Shown here: positions 1 through 8,044 of the stretch, one piece after another
Numbering within the stretch: position 1 is the stretch's first letter
How the letters are laid out: every line of letters begins with the position of its first letter
IMG/VR virus record: IMGVR_UViG_3300010362_000035
Span: 1-44,739 of that record
Strand: one strand, 5' to 3'
DNA from: a virus
Taxonomy: Duplodnaviria; Caudoviricetes
Length of the DNA: 44,739 nt
Notes under the pieces: model-generated
What the model saw: only the letters and a program-made list of their open reading frames with translations
Database searches by the model: none
Told to the model about the DNA's origin: nothing
Made by a program: the position numbers and the translations under genes

Positions 1-123
1 CGGGGAATTGATCGATGCCCTCCTCTGCGGCGGTATCCATCCCGTAGAGGAGGAGATCCCCGATGAGGGCGCGCATCTGCGGCTCTTCCATTACTTCACC
101 CCCTCGTTGATCTGGTAGGCGAA
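1..123. repeat. Terminal direct repeat, copy 1 (circular-assembly overlap)
   Basis: CGGGGAATTGATCG...GGTAGGCGAA is identical to 44617-44739; genes run through the junction with a TAATG stop/start overlap at 89-93. Confidence 0.95.
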
Positions 124-249
124 GGCGCGGGCCTCCTCCTCGCTGGCGAAGCGGAAGACCTCGATGAGGCTCCCCTTCCGTACGTAGATGAGCCAGTCGG
201 GGCGATTGCGCTTCTGGCGGGGATCGAGGATCGGGAGGGAGGCGCTCAT
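91..249 (-). CDS. Small hypothetical protein (52 aa, MSASLPILDP...), C-terminal part of ORF 91..729
   Basis: Own GAGGAGG RBS before the ATG at 249; TAA overlaps the ATG of the next gene across the junction. Confidence 0.6.
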   Translation of the reverse strand: MSASLPILDPRQKRNRPDWLIYVRKGSLIEVFRFASEEEARAFAYQINEGVK

Positions 250-729
250 CGCTGGGCCTCCTCGATGATGGGCGTCGACCTGGCGGCGGATCTCCCGCCG
301 ATTGGCCTTGTCCTGGGCGGGGGCTCCGACGTAGAAGGCGGGCGAGGGGAGGCTCTTCCGCGCGCCCAGCCGATACTCCGCTACGCCGTAGGCGTAGTCG
401 TCGGCTCCCTGCCCTGCGCCCTGAGCGCTGGCCCAGGGGCGATGGCGCTCGCGCCAGATGCGCGCGACCTCAGGGGCCGTCAGCGGCTCGTGCGCGCTGA
501 GGATCTGCTCCCGGATCTCGCCGCTCTCCGCATCGATGATCTGGACGGGGAGGTCGGAGAGATCCTCCTGGCCCAGGATGCGGCCAGCCTCCCGCGCGAT
601 CTCGCGGGCGAAGGCGCGGGCGGCGGGGAGCGAGGGGAAGATCGCCGCCCCGGTGAAGGGATCGCGCGTAGCGCCATGCTCAAGCCGCGCCCAATCCTCC
701 GTGCCGTTGTGATTGACGAGGTAGCTCAT
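246..729 (-). CDS. Hypothetical protein (MSYLVNHNG...), probably carrying a 1-nt insertion near 270
   Basis: ATGA overlap with the upstream gene; removing one base gives the ending VDAIIEEAQR-stop with an ATGA overlap onto 249. Confidence 0.55.
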
Positions 730-1043
730 CGAGCCTCCTCCTCGATCTTCTCCGCCGCCTCCATCACGATGAAGCGGATCGTGGCGACGAAGGAGTCGAG
801 ATCGTCGCGCCGCCCATCGGGCGCGTACGTGATGTAGGGCCAGCGCTTCCCGCCGACGATGCTGTCGCAGGAGGCGTATCCGGCCTGGAAGTTGTAGGAG
901 AAGGAAAGCTCCGGGGCGAAGCGATCCGGGCGCTCGAAGGAGATCCGGCCCGTATTCGCCCAGGCCGTATCAACCACGAGGTCGAGGCCGGCGTCGGCGG
1001 CGATCTTCTCCATCTGCTTCATGAACTTCTGCTGGGTATTCAT
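726..1043 (-). CDS. Hypothetical protein (105 aa, MNTQQKFMKQ...)
   Basis: AGAGGAG RBS and conserved leader motif upstream; protein-like composition from the Met at 1043. Confidence 0.75.
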   Translation of the reverse strand: MNTQQKFMKQMEKIAADAGLDLVVDTAWANTGRISFERPDRFAPELSFSYNFQAGYASCDSIVGGKRWPYITYAPDGRRDDLDSFVATIRFIVMEAAEKIEEEAR

Positions 1044-1047
1044 CTGG

Positions 1048-1096
1048 GCTCCTCTGGGGGCTTCGGGTACGTACAACATCGTACCAAATAGGAAGC
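1048..1096 (-). promoter_or_regulatory. Putative promoter/leader: TACGAT(-10)-N7-GTACCCGAAG...GAGGAG with overlapping 15-bp box
   Basis: Same architecture repeated at about 10 loci. Confidence 0.65.
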
Positions 1097-1123
1097 TCCT
1101 TGAGGGGGATCTCCCGCGATCTT

Positions 1124-1849
1124 TCAGGCGGCTACGTTCCAGAAGAGCGCGCCGTCCGCCGCCTGGCCCTCGATGAAGCGCCAAGCCTTCGCGTCGTATT
1201 CGGCGCAGGAGGGGAAGGGCGGGGGGAGGAGGGCCCGCTGGGAGAAGCGCTCCGGGGCCTTGAGGATCTCCGCGCGCCCTACGCCGTCGGCAAGCAGCAC
1301 GCCGTCGCCCCCGATCTGGACGCCGTAGGCGCGCGCGAGCGGGGCGGCCTGCTGGAGCGCGCGGCAGAGGAGGCCGGAGCCGACGGCGCACCAGATCTCC
1401 GCCGGCGGGGAGGGGAGCCGCGCGAAGACGCCCCCTGCGAGTTCGGCCAGCGCGTCGAGGACGCGGGGGTCGCGGAGCGAGAAGGGGACTAGCTGGGCTC
1501 CGCGCTCCTCCGCGAGCTCGCGGGCGCGCGCGCGTACGAGCGAGAGGTAGCCGGGGCGGACGGCGCGGATCTCAGCGCCGGCGGCGCGGGCCCTGCGCGT
1601 GATGCTGCTCTCGCTGGCCCTTGAGGCGACGACGATGGTGCAGGGGATCCCCAGGTCGGCGCAGGCGAGCGCGAGCGCGAGTTGGGCGTGGCCTTCCGCG
1701 GGCGTCGGGTAGACGGCCGGCCGGCCGTCGAGGACGATCGGGGCGACGCGCCGCTTCGTGCCGCCGGGGAGGAGATCCTCGCGGACAACCCAGAGCCGCC
1801 GCCCGCCGGCGATCCGCCGGGACTCGAGCGCGGGCTCCGGGAGGCTCAT
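1124..1849 (-). CDS. PLP-dependent enzyme, fold type II (tryptophan synthase beta-like superfamily)
   Basis: VVREDLLPGGTKRR (Schiff-base Lys), GHAQLALA, Gly-rich CAVGSG phosphate loop, YDAKAW...LFWNVA; ATGA overlap at the start. Confidence 0.85.
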   Translation of the reverse strand: MSLPEPALESRRIAGGRRLWVVREDLLPGGTKRRVAPIVLDGRPAVYPTPAEGHAQLALALACADLGIPCTIVVASRASESSITRRARAAGAEIRAVRPGYLSLVRARARELAEERGAQLVPFSLRDPRVLDALAELAGGVFARLPSPPAEIWCAVGSGLLCRALQQAAPLARAYGVQIGGDGVLLADGVGRAEILKAPERFSQRALLPPPFPSCAEYDAKAWRFIEGQAADGALFWNVAA

Positions 1850-2244
1850 GAGGGGCGCTGGCCCTGCCGCTCCGCTCGCCATTGCGCGAGCAGGCTCTCG
1901 TCGTGAAGCTCCCAGAGATGCAGGACGTCGGGATGGACGTTGAGCCAGTAGGAGCGCGGCGGGACGCCGACGGCGAAGGGGACGCCCGGGCGCAGGTCGT
2001 GGGCGGCCTGGACAAGCTCCGCCCATGTGGGTACGCGCCCCCGCCCGCGGTCCTCGTAGCGCAGGGAGATGTGCCAGCGCCGGTCCCCGCGCGCGATCTC
2101 GTCGTAGGAGAGGAAGGCGACCAGCCCGCGCCGCTCGTGCCGGAAGGCTCGCGGCTGGATCGAGCCCTCCGGATAGAGGCCGGCGAGGACTTCCGGGACG
2201 GGCTCCTGCCTCCAGCCGGCGGCGGCGGCGAACATCGAGGTCAT
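1846..2244 (-). CDS. Conserved phage hypothetical protein (WHISL...PTWxE...NVHPxxLHLW type)
   Basis: His/Trp motif pattern seen in phage proteins of unknown function; coupled overlaps on both sides. Confidence 0.75.
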   Translation of the reverse strand: MTSMFAAAAGWRQEPVPEVLAGLYPEGSIQPRAFRHERRGLVAFLSYDEIARGDRRWHISLRYEDRGRGRVPTWAELVQAAHDLRPGVPFAVGVPPRSYWLNVHPDVLHLWELHDESLLAQWRAERQGQRPS

Positions 2245-2651
2245 CCCGCCTGGCCGTCCAGCCAGCCGTCGGTGTCGACGCCCAGCGCCTCGACGAGCAG
2301 GCGCATGCGCTCCCCGATGACGAGGATCGTGGCTCTCAGCGCGAGGAGATCCTCCTCCTCGTCGAGGGCCTCCCAGGCTTCGAGGACGCCCTGGCCCGTG
2401 CCCTTCTCCTCCTGGACGGCGATGATGCCCTCCGCGAGGTGGCCGATGAGCATCGAGAGGACGCTGACGCAGGCGGCGAAGGAGGAGGGGTCGTCGGCGG
2501 GGCCCTCCATCGCCGCCTCCCAGAGCGCGCGGCCCGTCAGATGCTCCCCCTCCTCCTCCGGCAGGGCCTCTCCGATGCTGCGCGGCGGCCCGCGGCGGAC
2601 GAACTTGCGCGCGTAGCCGTGGCCGTCGGGGCCTCTGCGATGGCGGCTCAT
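2241..2651 (-). CDS. Hypothetical protein (136 aa)
   Basis: GGAGG RBS, ATGA overlaps. Confidence 0.7.
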   Translation of the reverse strand: MSRHRRGPDGHGYARKFVRRGPPRSIGEALPEEEGEHLTGRALWEAAMEGPADDPSSFAACVSVLSMLIGHLAEGIIAVQEEKGTGQGVLEAWEALDEEEDLLALRATILVIGERMRLLVEALGVDTDGWLDGQAG

Positions 2652-2905
2652 TGGTACTCCTCCCCCAGTGCGCCGGCGAGGCGCTCGATCAAGCGGAGCG
2701 CCTGGGCGTCCTCGATCTCCAGCCATGCGGAGTCGTGCTTCTCGTAGCGCTTCCCCGGCTTGCCGCGGATCGTCATCATGAGGAGCCCCTCGTCGCTTCG
2801 CTCGATCTCGACCTTCGAGGGCATCGCCGTGACTTCCGGCTCCTCCGAAGGAAGATCCTCCTCCGGGTTGAATTGCCAGTAGGAGAGCATGATGGGCGGG
2901 CTCAT
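2648..2905 (-). CDS. Hypothetical protein (85 aa)
   Basis: GAGGAGG RBS, ATGA overlaps. Confidence 0.7.
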   Translation of the reverse strand: MSPPIMLSYWQFNPEEDLPSEEPEVTAMPSKVEIERSDEGLLMMTIRGKPGKRYEKHDSAWLEIEDAQALRLIERLAGALGEEYQ

Positions 2906-3057
2906 CGCTGGAGCCTCCTCTCCGCGCCCTCCGTCCGGGCCCGCTCAAGATTGGCCTCCGCCCGGAGCTTCTGGACGTCGAGGCGGACCATGAGAAGCGC
3001 GGCGGCGGCAAGGATCGCGACGAGCCCCAGGATGAGAACAACCCAGGGCCAGGTCAT
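2902..3057 (-). CDS. Small membrane protein (51 aa, MTWPWVVLILGLVAILAAAALL...), absent from the ORF track
   Basis: Read manually; one hydrophobic helix plus coiled coil; ATGA overlaps at both ends; GGAGG RBS. Confidence 0.7.
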   Translation of the reverse strand: MTWPWVVLILGLVAILAAAALLMVRLDVQKLRAEANLERARTEGAERRLQR

Positions 3058-3272
3058 GCCTCCCTCCAGTGCCGCCCGGAGATCGAGTCGTCGATCTCGC
3101 GAGCGCCGGCGACGGCCTCCGCCGGCGTCTCGTACGGGCCGGTCGCGAAGTCACCCTCCTCCGGCATCGAGACTACGACGTAGCCCTCCGCGCGCGTGCC
3201 ATGCAGAAGCCAGCCGTGGGCGGCGAGGATCTCGCGCGCCCTCCTGGCCGTCATGCCCGTCAGCCCGCTCAT
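3054..3272 (-). CDS. Hypothetical protein (72 aa)
   Basis: ATGA overlaps at both ends. Confidence 0.6.
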   Translation of the reverse strand: MSGLTGMTARRAREILAAHGWLLHGTRAEGYVVVSMPEEGDFATGPYETPAEAVAGAREIDDSISGRHWREA

Positions 3273-3664
3273 GCCGCGAGCCTCGCGCTGATCTGCGCCG
3301 CCGTCACGCCCATATCGGAGAGGAGCTTCCTCAGCACGGCGTTCTCGCGGGCGGCCGCGCCGTCCTCCTGCGCCTTCGCGCGGCGAGGCCGGCGGCGCGG
3401 CGGGATGCGGTACAGCCAGGGCCCGCGCGCCTGCTCGTCGACGAGGATGACGCCGGCCTCCGCCAGCGGCTCCAGATAGTTCCATACCGTCGCGGGGCTC
3501 CCGCCGGCGCGCTCCGCGATGGCCTCCTTCGACGCGTCCTTGCCTTCGGCGGCAAGCTCGCAGATGGCGACGTAGACGGCGACGCCCGTGAGCTTCTTCC
3601 CGCCGGCGGGGAGCGCGGCGCGAGCTCGCGCAAGCTCCTTCGCTGGGATCTCGATGTTCATCAT
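3269..3664 (-). CDS. Winged-HTH DNA-binding protein
   Basis: SKEAIAERAGGSPATVWNYLEPLAEAGVI is a typical wHTH signature; RBS and leader motif upstream. Confidence 0.75.
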   Translation of the reverse strand: MMNIEIPAKELARARAALPAGGKKLTGVAVYVAICELAAEGKDASKEAIAERAGGSPATVWNYLEPLAEAGVILVDEQARGPWLYRIPPRRRPRRAKAQEDGAAARENAVLRKLLSDMGVTAAQISARLAA

Positions 3665-3667
3665 TGC

Positions 3668-3703
3668 CCTCCTTCGGGGCGATTCGGGTACGCGCCTAGA
3701 TTA
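3668..3703 (-). promoter_or_regulatory. Putative promoter/leader TAATCT-N6-GTACCCGAAT...AGGAGG
   Basis: Copy of the repeated leader architecture. Confidence 0.6.
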
Positions 3704-3847
3704 CTACCTCGTCGGAGGCGCGGCGGCGGCGGGGCCGCGAGGCTCGCCCTAGGCGCGCTCCTCGCCACTCCCCGCCGCTCTGCGCGCGTACCGGGGCGGT
3801 TCCCATCCGCCCATCCGCGGTCGGGCTCCGGAACCCGCCGGGATATC

Positions 3848-4369
3848 TCAGCGGCGATAGCCGCTCTGCTCGACGTAGCGGTTGAGCCGCAGGAGCCATG
3901 CCCCCTCCCGCCAGGGCCCACCCCTCATCTGAGAGCGAGGCCAGTAGGCCATATGCCCCATCGCCGGGCTGTAGCTGAAATGGACGCGAAGCTCCGTCAC
4001 TCGCTGGGCATAGACGCTCTGGGTGGAAACCTCTCCGATGACGAGGAACGTGGCGACGCCCGTCTGCCGCTCGTACTCTCGATAGCTGTCGAGGAGATGG
4101 CGCGAGGTGCCGTGCTCCCACTCCCCCACGACGCGGCCCCAGTCGGCGGCCTCCTTCCGCTTGCATTCGACGGCGACGTGCCTTCCGTGCTTCGTCGCCT
4201 GCAAGTCCGGGAGCGTGGGATCTCGCCCGCCGGCGCGGAGGCGCGGGCCACGCCCTCCGCGAGCGGGGAGGTCTGCGAGCGGGAGCACGCTCCAGCCGTC
4301 CTCGACGAGGCGCTCTGCCGCCCACTCCTCGAAGCCCCGGCCCTGCTTGAGATTCTCCGCAAAGGCCAT
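3848..4369 (-). CDS. PD-(D/E)XK nuclease-family protein
   Basis: GRGFEEW...LPDLQA...VECKRK catalytic pattern. Confidence 0.7.
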   Translation of the reverse strand: MAFAENLKQGRGFEEWAAERLVEDGWSVLPLADLPARGGRGPRLRAGGRDPTLPDLQATKHGRHVAVECKRKEAADWGRVVGEWEHGTSRHLLDSYREYERQTGVATFLVIGEVSTQSVYAQRVTELRVHFSYSPAMGHMAYWPRSQMRGGPWREGAWLLRLNRYVEQSGYRR

Positions 4370-4370
4370 C

Positions 4371-4823
4371 TCAGAGCTCGAGTGCGTTCTGGCCCTCCAC
4401 GGCCCCCGCCGGCGGGTGGTTGTGCCGCCGCCCGAAGCGCTCGCGGAGCGCGCCGATCGAAGGCCAGCGCCCCCGATCCCGCCGGTAGCCCTCGATGTAG
4501 CGCCAGACCTCGACGTGCTCGACGTCGGCCCAGCGCGTCGGCTCGTAGAGCAGATGCCAGGGGATCTCGATCCTCGCCGCCTCGTAGAGGAGATGGGGAG
4601 GCCACCAGTCGATGACGCGATGGGCCTGCTCCAGTCGCTCCGCCGGCGAGACGCCGCTCTCCGTCGGGAGCGCGAAGAGATCCGCCTGGCCCTCGACGGG
4701 GATGCGCAGAAGCTCCTCCTGGTGCGTCTCAAGCGCGCGGCTCGCACGGGCAACGAGGATCCAGTGGCTCGTCGGGATCTGCCGGCCTCTCAGCGGCTCG
4801 ACGCGGAATAGGCGCGATGGCAT
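4371..4823 (-). CDS. Hypothetical protein with possible C-terminal helical DNA-binding element
   Basis: AGGAGG RBS; YIEGYRRDRGRWPSIGALRERFG resembles LexA-type N-terminal helices. Confidence 0.65.
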   Translation of the reverse strand: MPSRLFRVEPLRGRQIPTSHWILVARASRALETHQEELLRIPVEGQADLFALPTESGVSPAERLEQAHRVIDWWPPHLLYEAARIEIPWHLLYEPTRWADVEHVEVWRYIEGYRRDRGRWPSIGALRERFGRRHNHPPAGAVEGQNALEL

Positions 4824-4825
4824 GG

Positions 4826-4897
4826 CTTCCTCCTGGTCGGGTACGGGCGGAAGCCTAGCGGTAGGGTCGGCGGGCCCGAAACCCAGCCCAGGAGGCG
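4826..4897. promoter_or_regulatory. Back-to-back divergent promoters, each with the leader motif
   Basis: Minus: TAGGCT-N7-GTACCCGACCAGGAGG; plus: TAGGGT-N4-GGGCCCGAAACCCAGCCCAGGAGG. Confidence 0.6.
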
Positions 4898-4898
4898 G

Positions 4899-5237
4899 AT
4901 GATGGAGAGCATCGCGGAGCAAGCGGCGGCGGCCCTCAGCAACGGGCAGGCCGGCCAGATACCGGAGCCGCCCCCGATCCCCCCGCTGGAGGGCGACGCT
5001 CAGCTAACGCTCAATCTGGGGACGCTGGCGCGCGGGCCCATCGAGGCGGAGGTCTCGCTCATGAGCGCCAGCATCCCGCTTGAGGGGATGCTCTCCCCCA
5101 ATGAGGAGGCGCTCCTCTCCGTCAGCGTCATCGCCCATAGCTACCGCTACGTCCCCGTCCGCGAGAACGGGCGCGTCGTACGCTGGAAGCTCCGCCTGCA
5201 AGTTCGGCCTACCGGGGCCTCGCGCCTGCGCCCCTGA
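4899..5237 (+). CDS. Hypothetical protein (112 aa), rare plus-strand gene
   Basis: GGAGG RBS, leader variant, fills the gap between minus-strand genes, followed by a hairpin. Confidence 0.75.
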   Translation: MMESIAEQAAAALSNGQAGQIPEPPPIPPLEGDAQLTLNLGTLARGPIEAEVSLMSASIPLEGMLSPNEEALLSVSVIAHSYRYVPVRENGRVVRWKLRLQVRPTGASRLRP

Positions 5238-5243
5238 AACGCG

Positions 5244-5266
5244 AAGAGCCCGCTCGCGCGGGCCCT
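5244..5266. terminator. Hairpin between convergent genes
   Basis: AAGAGCCCGC-TCGC-GCGGGCCCT stem-loop. Confidence 0.5.
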
Positions 5267-5290
5267 CCGGTACTGCGCTGTACCCGCCCC

Positions 5291-5599
5291 CTAGGGGCGA
5301 TATCCGTCGCGGCGCATCCGCCGCTCCCTCGCGAGCTTCCGCTCGATGAGGGTTTCTACGTTCGCCGCGCTGTAGCCAGCGGCGAGCATCTGCTCCGCCG
5401 CCTCCTCGTAGGAGGGCGGGAGGGGCTGTAGCTGAGAGAGGGTCATCCCCAGCGAGGCGCATCGCGCGCGGGCGATGGAGAAAGCGTCGGCCTCGCTCGA
5501 TGCCTCGATGGGGCCCCAGGGGCCGCGCGAGCCGTCATGCCCGCGCTCCTTCGTGAAGAACTGCCAGCGCGAGCGGCGGGCGATGCGGGGGGCGCTCAT
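5291..5599 (-). CDS. Hypothetical protein (102 aa)
   Basis: ATGA overlap; plausible composition. Confidence 0.65.
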   Translation of the reverse strand: MSAPRIARRSRWQFFTKERGHDGSRGPWGPIEASSEADAFSIARARCASLGMTLSQLQPLPPSYEEAAEQMLAAGYSAANVETLIERKLARERRMRRDGYRP

Positions 5600-5790
5600 C
5601 GCCCGCCCGCCTGCGCGAGGATCTGCTGGGCGCGCTGCTCGTACTCCGCAAAGGCCATCTCAAGCTCGCTTGAGCATCCCTCGTATTCGCCGCGCGCTAC
5701 CTCCGCGTCGCAGAGGCTCTCCGCCACGGCCCATGCATCGCCCTCCGCCTCGATGAGGAGGGCGAGGATCTGCTCGTCGGAGGGCCTCAT
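5596..5790 (-). CDS. Hypothetical protein (64 aa, acidic helical)
   Basis: ATGA overlaps at both ends. Confidence 0.65.
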   Translation of the reverse strand: MRPSDEQILALLIEAEGDAWAVAESLCDAEVARGEYEGCSSELEMAFAEYEQRAQQILAQAGGR

Positions 5791-6416
5791 CGGCCCATCT
5801 CCGGGGCGCGCCAGCCAGCGGGGCTCTCCGCCTCGCTGTAGCCGGGGCCTTCGGCCTCCGCCTCGCGGAGGCTCTCTTCGAGGTAGGCCTCGTAGCGGGC
5901 CTCCTCCTGCGCCTGCTCCCGCGAGAGCGGGCCGATGGGCGGGAAGCCCATCGAGAGGCGGTCGATGGCGAAGTCCAGATCGGAGGGCTCGCGGGCGAGG
6001 TACGGATCGTTGAAGTCCTCGCCGTCGGGGCCCTCCGCGTACGTAGCGGGCCCGCCCTTCGAGAGGATCTCCGCCCCCTCAAGGACGAGGGCATGCAGGG
6101 CCTCAAGGGAGTCGGCGTAGCGCATCTCCCCGCCGTTGGGGAACTCGATCCATTCGCCCGCCTCGTTGGGCCAGCATCCGTCGTGCTCCCACGTCGGGTA
6201 GAGGCCTACGGCGTAGCCGGGCTCGCCGTCGAAGTCCTCGCGCGGCGTGATGTAGAGGTACGGGCCCTCATGCGGGCCGACGTCGGAGATGCGATCTACG
6301 TCGACGCGGACGCAGAAGATCCCGCCACCCGTATGGTCGATGGACGCGGGGATCGGCATCTGGGGGTGCTCGCTGAGATAGCGGGCAATCTCGATGTAGC
6401 GGGGCGGGGCGGACAC
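5787..6416 (-). CDS. Hypothetical protein (209 aa)
   Basis: GTG start with AGGAGG RBS and leader motif. Confidence 0.75.
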   Translation of the reverse strand: MSAPPRYIEIARYLSEHPQMPIPASIDHTGGGIFCVRVDVDRISDVGPHEGPYLYITPREDFDGEPGYAVGLYPTWEHDGCWPNEAGEWIEFPNGGEMRYADSLEALHALVLEGAEILSKGGPATYAEGPDGEDFNDPYLAREPSDLDFAIDRLSMGFPPIGPLSREQAQEEARYEAYLEESLREAEAEGPGYSEAESPAGWRAPEMGR

Positions 6417-6424
6417 GGCTGGAG

Positions 6425-6482
6425 CCTCCTGGGCTGGGATTCGGGTACGCGCCCACTATAGCAGGATGCTTCCTATTTGGTA
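6425..6482 (-). promoter_or_regulatory. Putative promoter/leader TATAGT-N6-GTACCCGAATCCCAGCCCAGGAGG with inverted 15-bp box
   Basis: Leader copy; 6468-6482 is the exact reverse complement of 1082-1096. Confidence 0.65.
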
Positions 6483-6817
6483 GGAGGCTCGATCTCCGCG
6501 TAGCCAGGGAGCCGCTCGCTCTCTTCCTCCGCGCGCGCGAGACGCTCGTCGAGCCGGGGATCCTTCCCGTCGTAGCGCCGGCTGAGATACGAGAAGGCGT
6601 AGACGCCCAGGCGCTCGAAGGCGTAGTCGAGGGCGGCCTCCGGTAGCTGGTCTGCGCGGATGCGGATCGAGCGCGCGTGATACCCGGCATGGCAGTCGAG
6701 GCAGAGGGGGACGAGATTGCGGCGATCCCTCGTCCCCCCATGCTGCTCCCAGACGACGTGATGGCTCTGGCACCAGCGCCGCCGGGCGCAGGCGAGGCAC
6801 TTCGTCTTCATCGCCAT
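6473..6817 (-). CDS. HNH endonuclease
   Basis: CLAC...SHHVV...NLVPLCLDCHAGYH. Confidence 0.8.
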   Translation of the reverse strand: MAMKTKCLACARRRWCQSHHVVWEQHGGTRDRRNLVPLCLDCHAGYHARSIRIRADQLPEAALDYAFERLGVYAFSYLSRRYDGKDPRLDERLARAEEESERLPGYAEIEPPTK

Positions 6818-8044
6818 CTAGGCCGCGCCTGCCTCCTCGCCGGCGGGCTCCGCGCGATGGGCGGGCTCGAACTCATGGGAGCCCTCAAGCGCCCGGATCG
6901 TCGCCTCGTTCGCGACGACGTCGGCGACGAGATGGATGCGCTCGCTCTCCCCGCCGTTGAATGCCGTATGCGGCTTCCTGGTGTCGAGGTAGTAGATGCC
7001 GCCGCGCTTCATCGAGCCCAGGCGCGGCACGCCCTCCAGATCCCAGCCGGCGAAGCGGACGCGCTCGCTCGTCACGAGCGGGACGTGCAGGCGCACGACC
7101 TTCCCCGGCTCCGCGCCAGCGGCGGCGTCCGTGATGTCGGCGTGGCGCTCAAGCTCGCCGCCGCCTGGCGCGAGAGCCATGAGCCGGATCCGCTCGAAGG
7201 AGGCGCAGGGCATGAGCGCGAGGATCGGCTCGACGGCGCTCATGCGGGCGCGCAGGGGCGTGTCGCGGACCTCGCGCTCCAGATCCTCCTCATGCTCGCG
7301 CTTCCATTTACGCGCCATCTCCGCCGGCTTCTCGATGCGCTCCGCCTCGTCGTAGAAGCCGCGCAGGGCCAGCGCCGTCCAGGAGCCGCGGGCGTTGTAG
7401 GAGGAGTAGTGCTGCGCGAAGCCCTCCCCGGGAACCTGCTCGATGAGGGCGGCCAGCGCGGCGGAGGGAACGAGGATCGGGAGGCGCGCGAGGCCGATCG
7501 CCTGCGCCTTCTCGTACGGGCCCGGGGAGATCCCCGGCGACGCGTAGACGCCCCGCATCTCAGAGGAGGCGTGGATCTTGACTGCCGCGAGCTCCAGCCC
7601 CAGCGCCTCCGCGAGAAGCCGCTCCCCGGGGTGCTCCTGCCAGATCTCAAGCGCGAGGGGGCGCTGGGCCATCGCCTGCTTGAGCGTCGCGCCGGCGGCA
7701 AGCCAGCCCTCCTCCTTCGCGTGGCCCTGCCAGGCGACGCGGGAGACGAAACCGGTGCCGGGCTCGAGTCGTACGCGCGCGCGGCCCGTGAAGTCCTTGA
7801 CGCCGGAGCGGCGGGAGAGGCTCCGCGCGACCATCGCCCAGAGCGGCCGCCCGTCCTCCGCCGGCGGGCCCCACGCGATCCGGCCGGCCTCAAGGTCGCC
7901 CGCCAGCGCCGTCTCGCTGTAGCGCCCGAAGCCGCCGTGGATCATCCCCTCGTCGTGCTCGCGGAAGATCGAGCAGAAGCTCTTGAGATCCTCGACGCTG
8001 TACCCCTTCGCCCAGGCCGGACCGTCATCCTGCTTGCGCGGCAT
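6818..8044 (-). CDS. Two-domain protein: N-terminal GNAT-like domain plus C-terminal Asp/Asn beta-hydroxylase-family 2OG-Fe(II) dioxygenase
   Basis: C-terminal RIRLMAL...LERHAD (HxD)...RLHVPLVT...LDTRKPH (His)...N...RIHLVAD; the N-terminal GNAT call is tentative (IWQEHPGERLLAEALGLELAAVKI); GGAGGAG RBS at 8044. Confidence 0.8.
   Translation of the reverse strand: MPRKQDDGPAWAKGYSVEDLKSFCSIFREHDEGMIHGGFGRYSETALAGDLEAGRIAWGPPAEDGRPLWAMVARSLSRRSGVKDFTGRARVRLEPGTGFVSRVAWQGHAKEEGWLAAGATLKQAMAQRPLALEIWQEHPGERLLAEALGLELAAVKIHASSEMRGVYASPGISPGPYEKAQAIGLARLPILVPSAALAALIEQVPGEGFAQHYSSYNARGSWTALALRGFYDEAERIEKPAEMARKWKREHEEDLEREVRDTPLRARMSAVEPILALMPCASFERIRLMALAPGGGELERHADITDAAAGAEPGKVVRLHVPLVTSERVRFAGWDLEGVPRLGSMKRGGIYYLDTRKPHTAFNGGESERIHLVADVVANEATIRALEGSHEFEPAHRAEPAGEEAGAA

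Noticed and set aside
1-123. Terminal repeat as a biological direct terminal repeat
   Set aside because: It falls inside coding sequence that continues seamlessly across the junction, so an assembler overlap of a circular contig is more likely.
1124-1849. Canonical ViI/M6-type thymidine hypermodification
   Set aside because: No recognisable 5hmU synthesis, kinase or amino-acid:DNA transferase genes in the genome.
3848-4369. Restriction-modification pair with the methyltransferases
   Set aside because: Unlinked to the MTases and nothing in the sequence shows shared specificity; cannot be supported.
2651-4615. Long plus-strand ORFs (e.g. 2651..4615, 6677..8062, 12975..14540, 17711..19189, 38424..39737, 42456..43757)
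   Set aside because: Arg/Pro/Ala-rich shadows opposite well-supported minus-strand genes; expected at this GC content.
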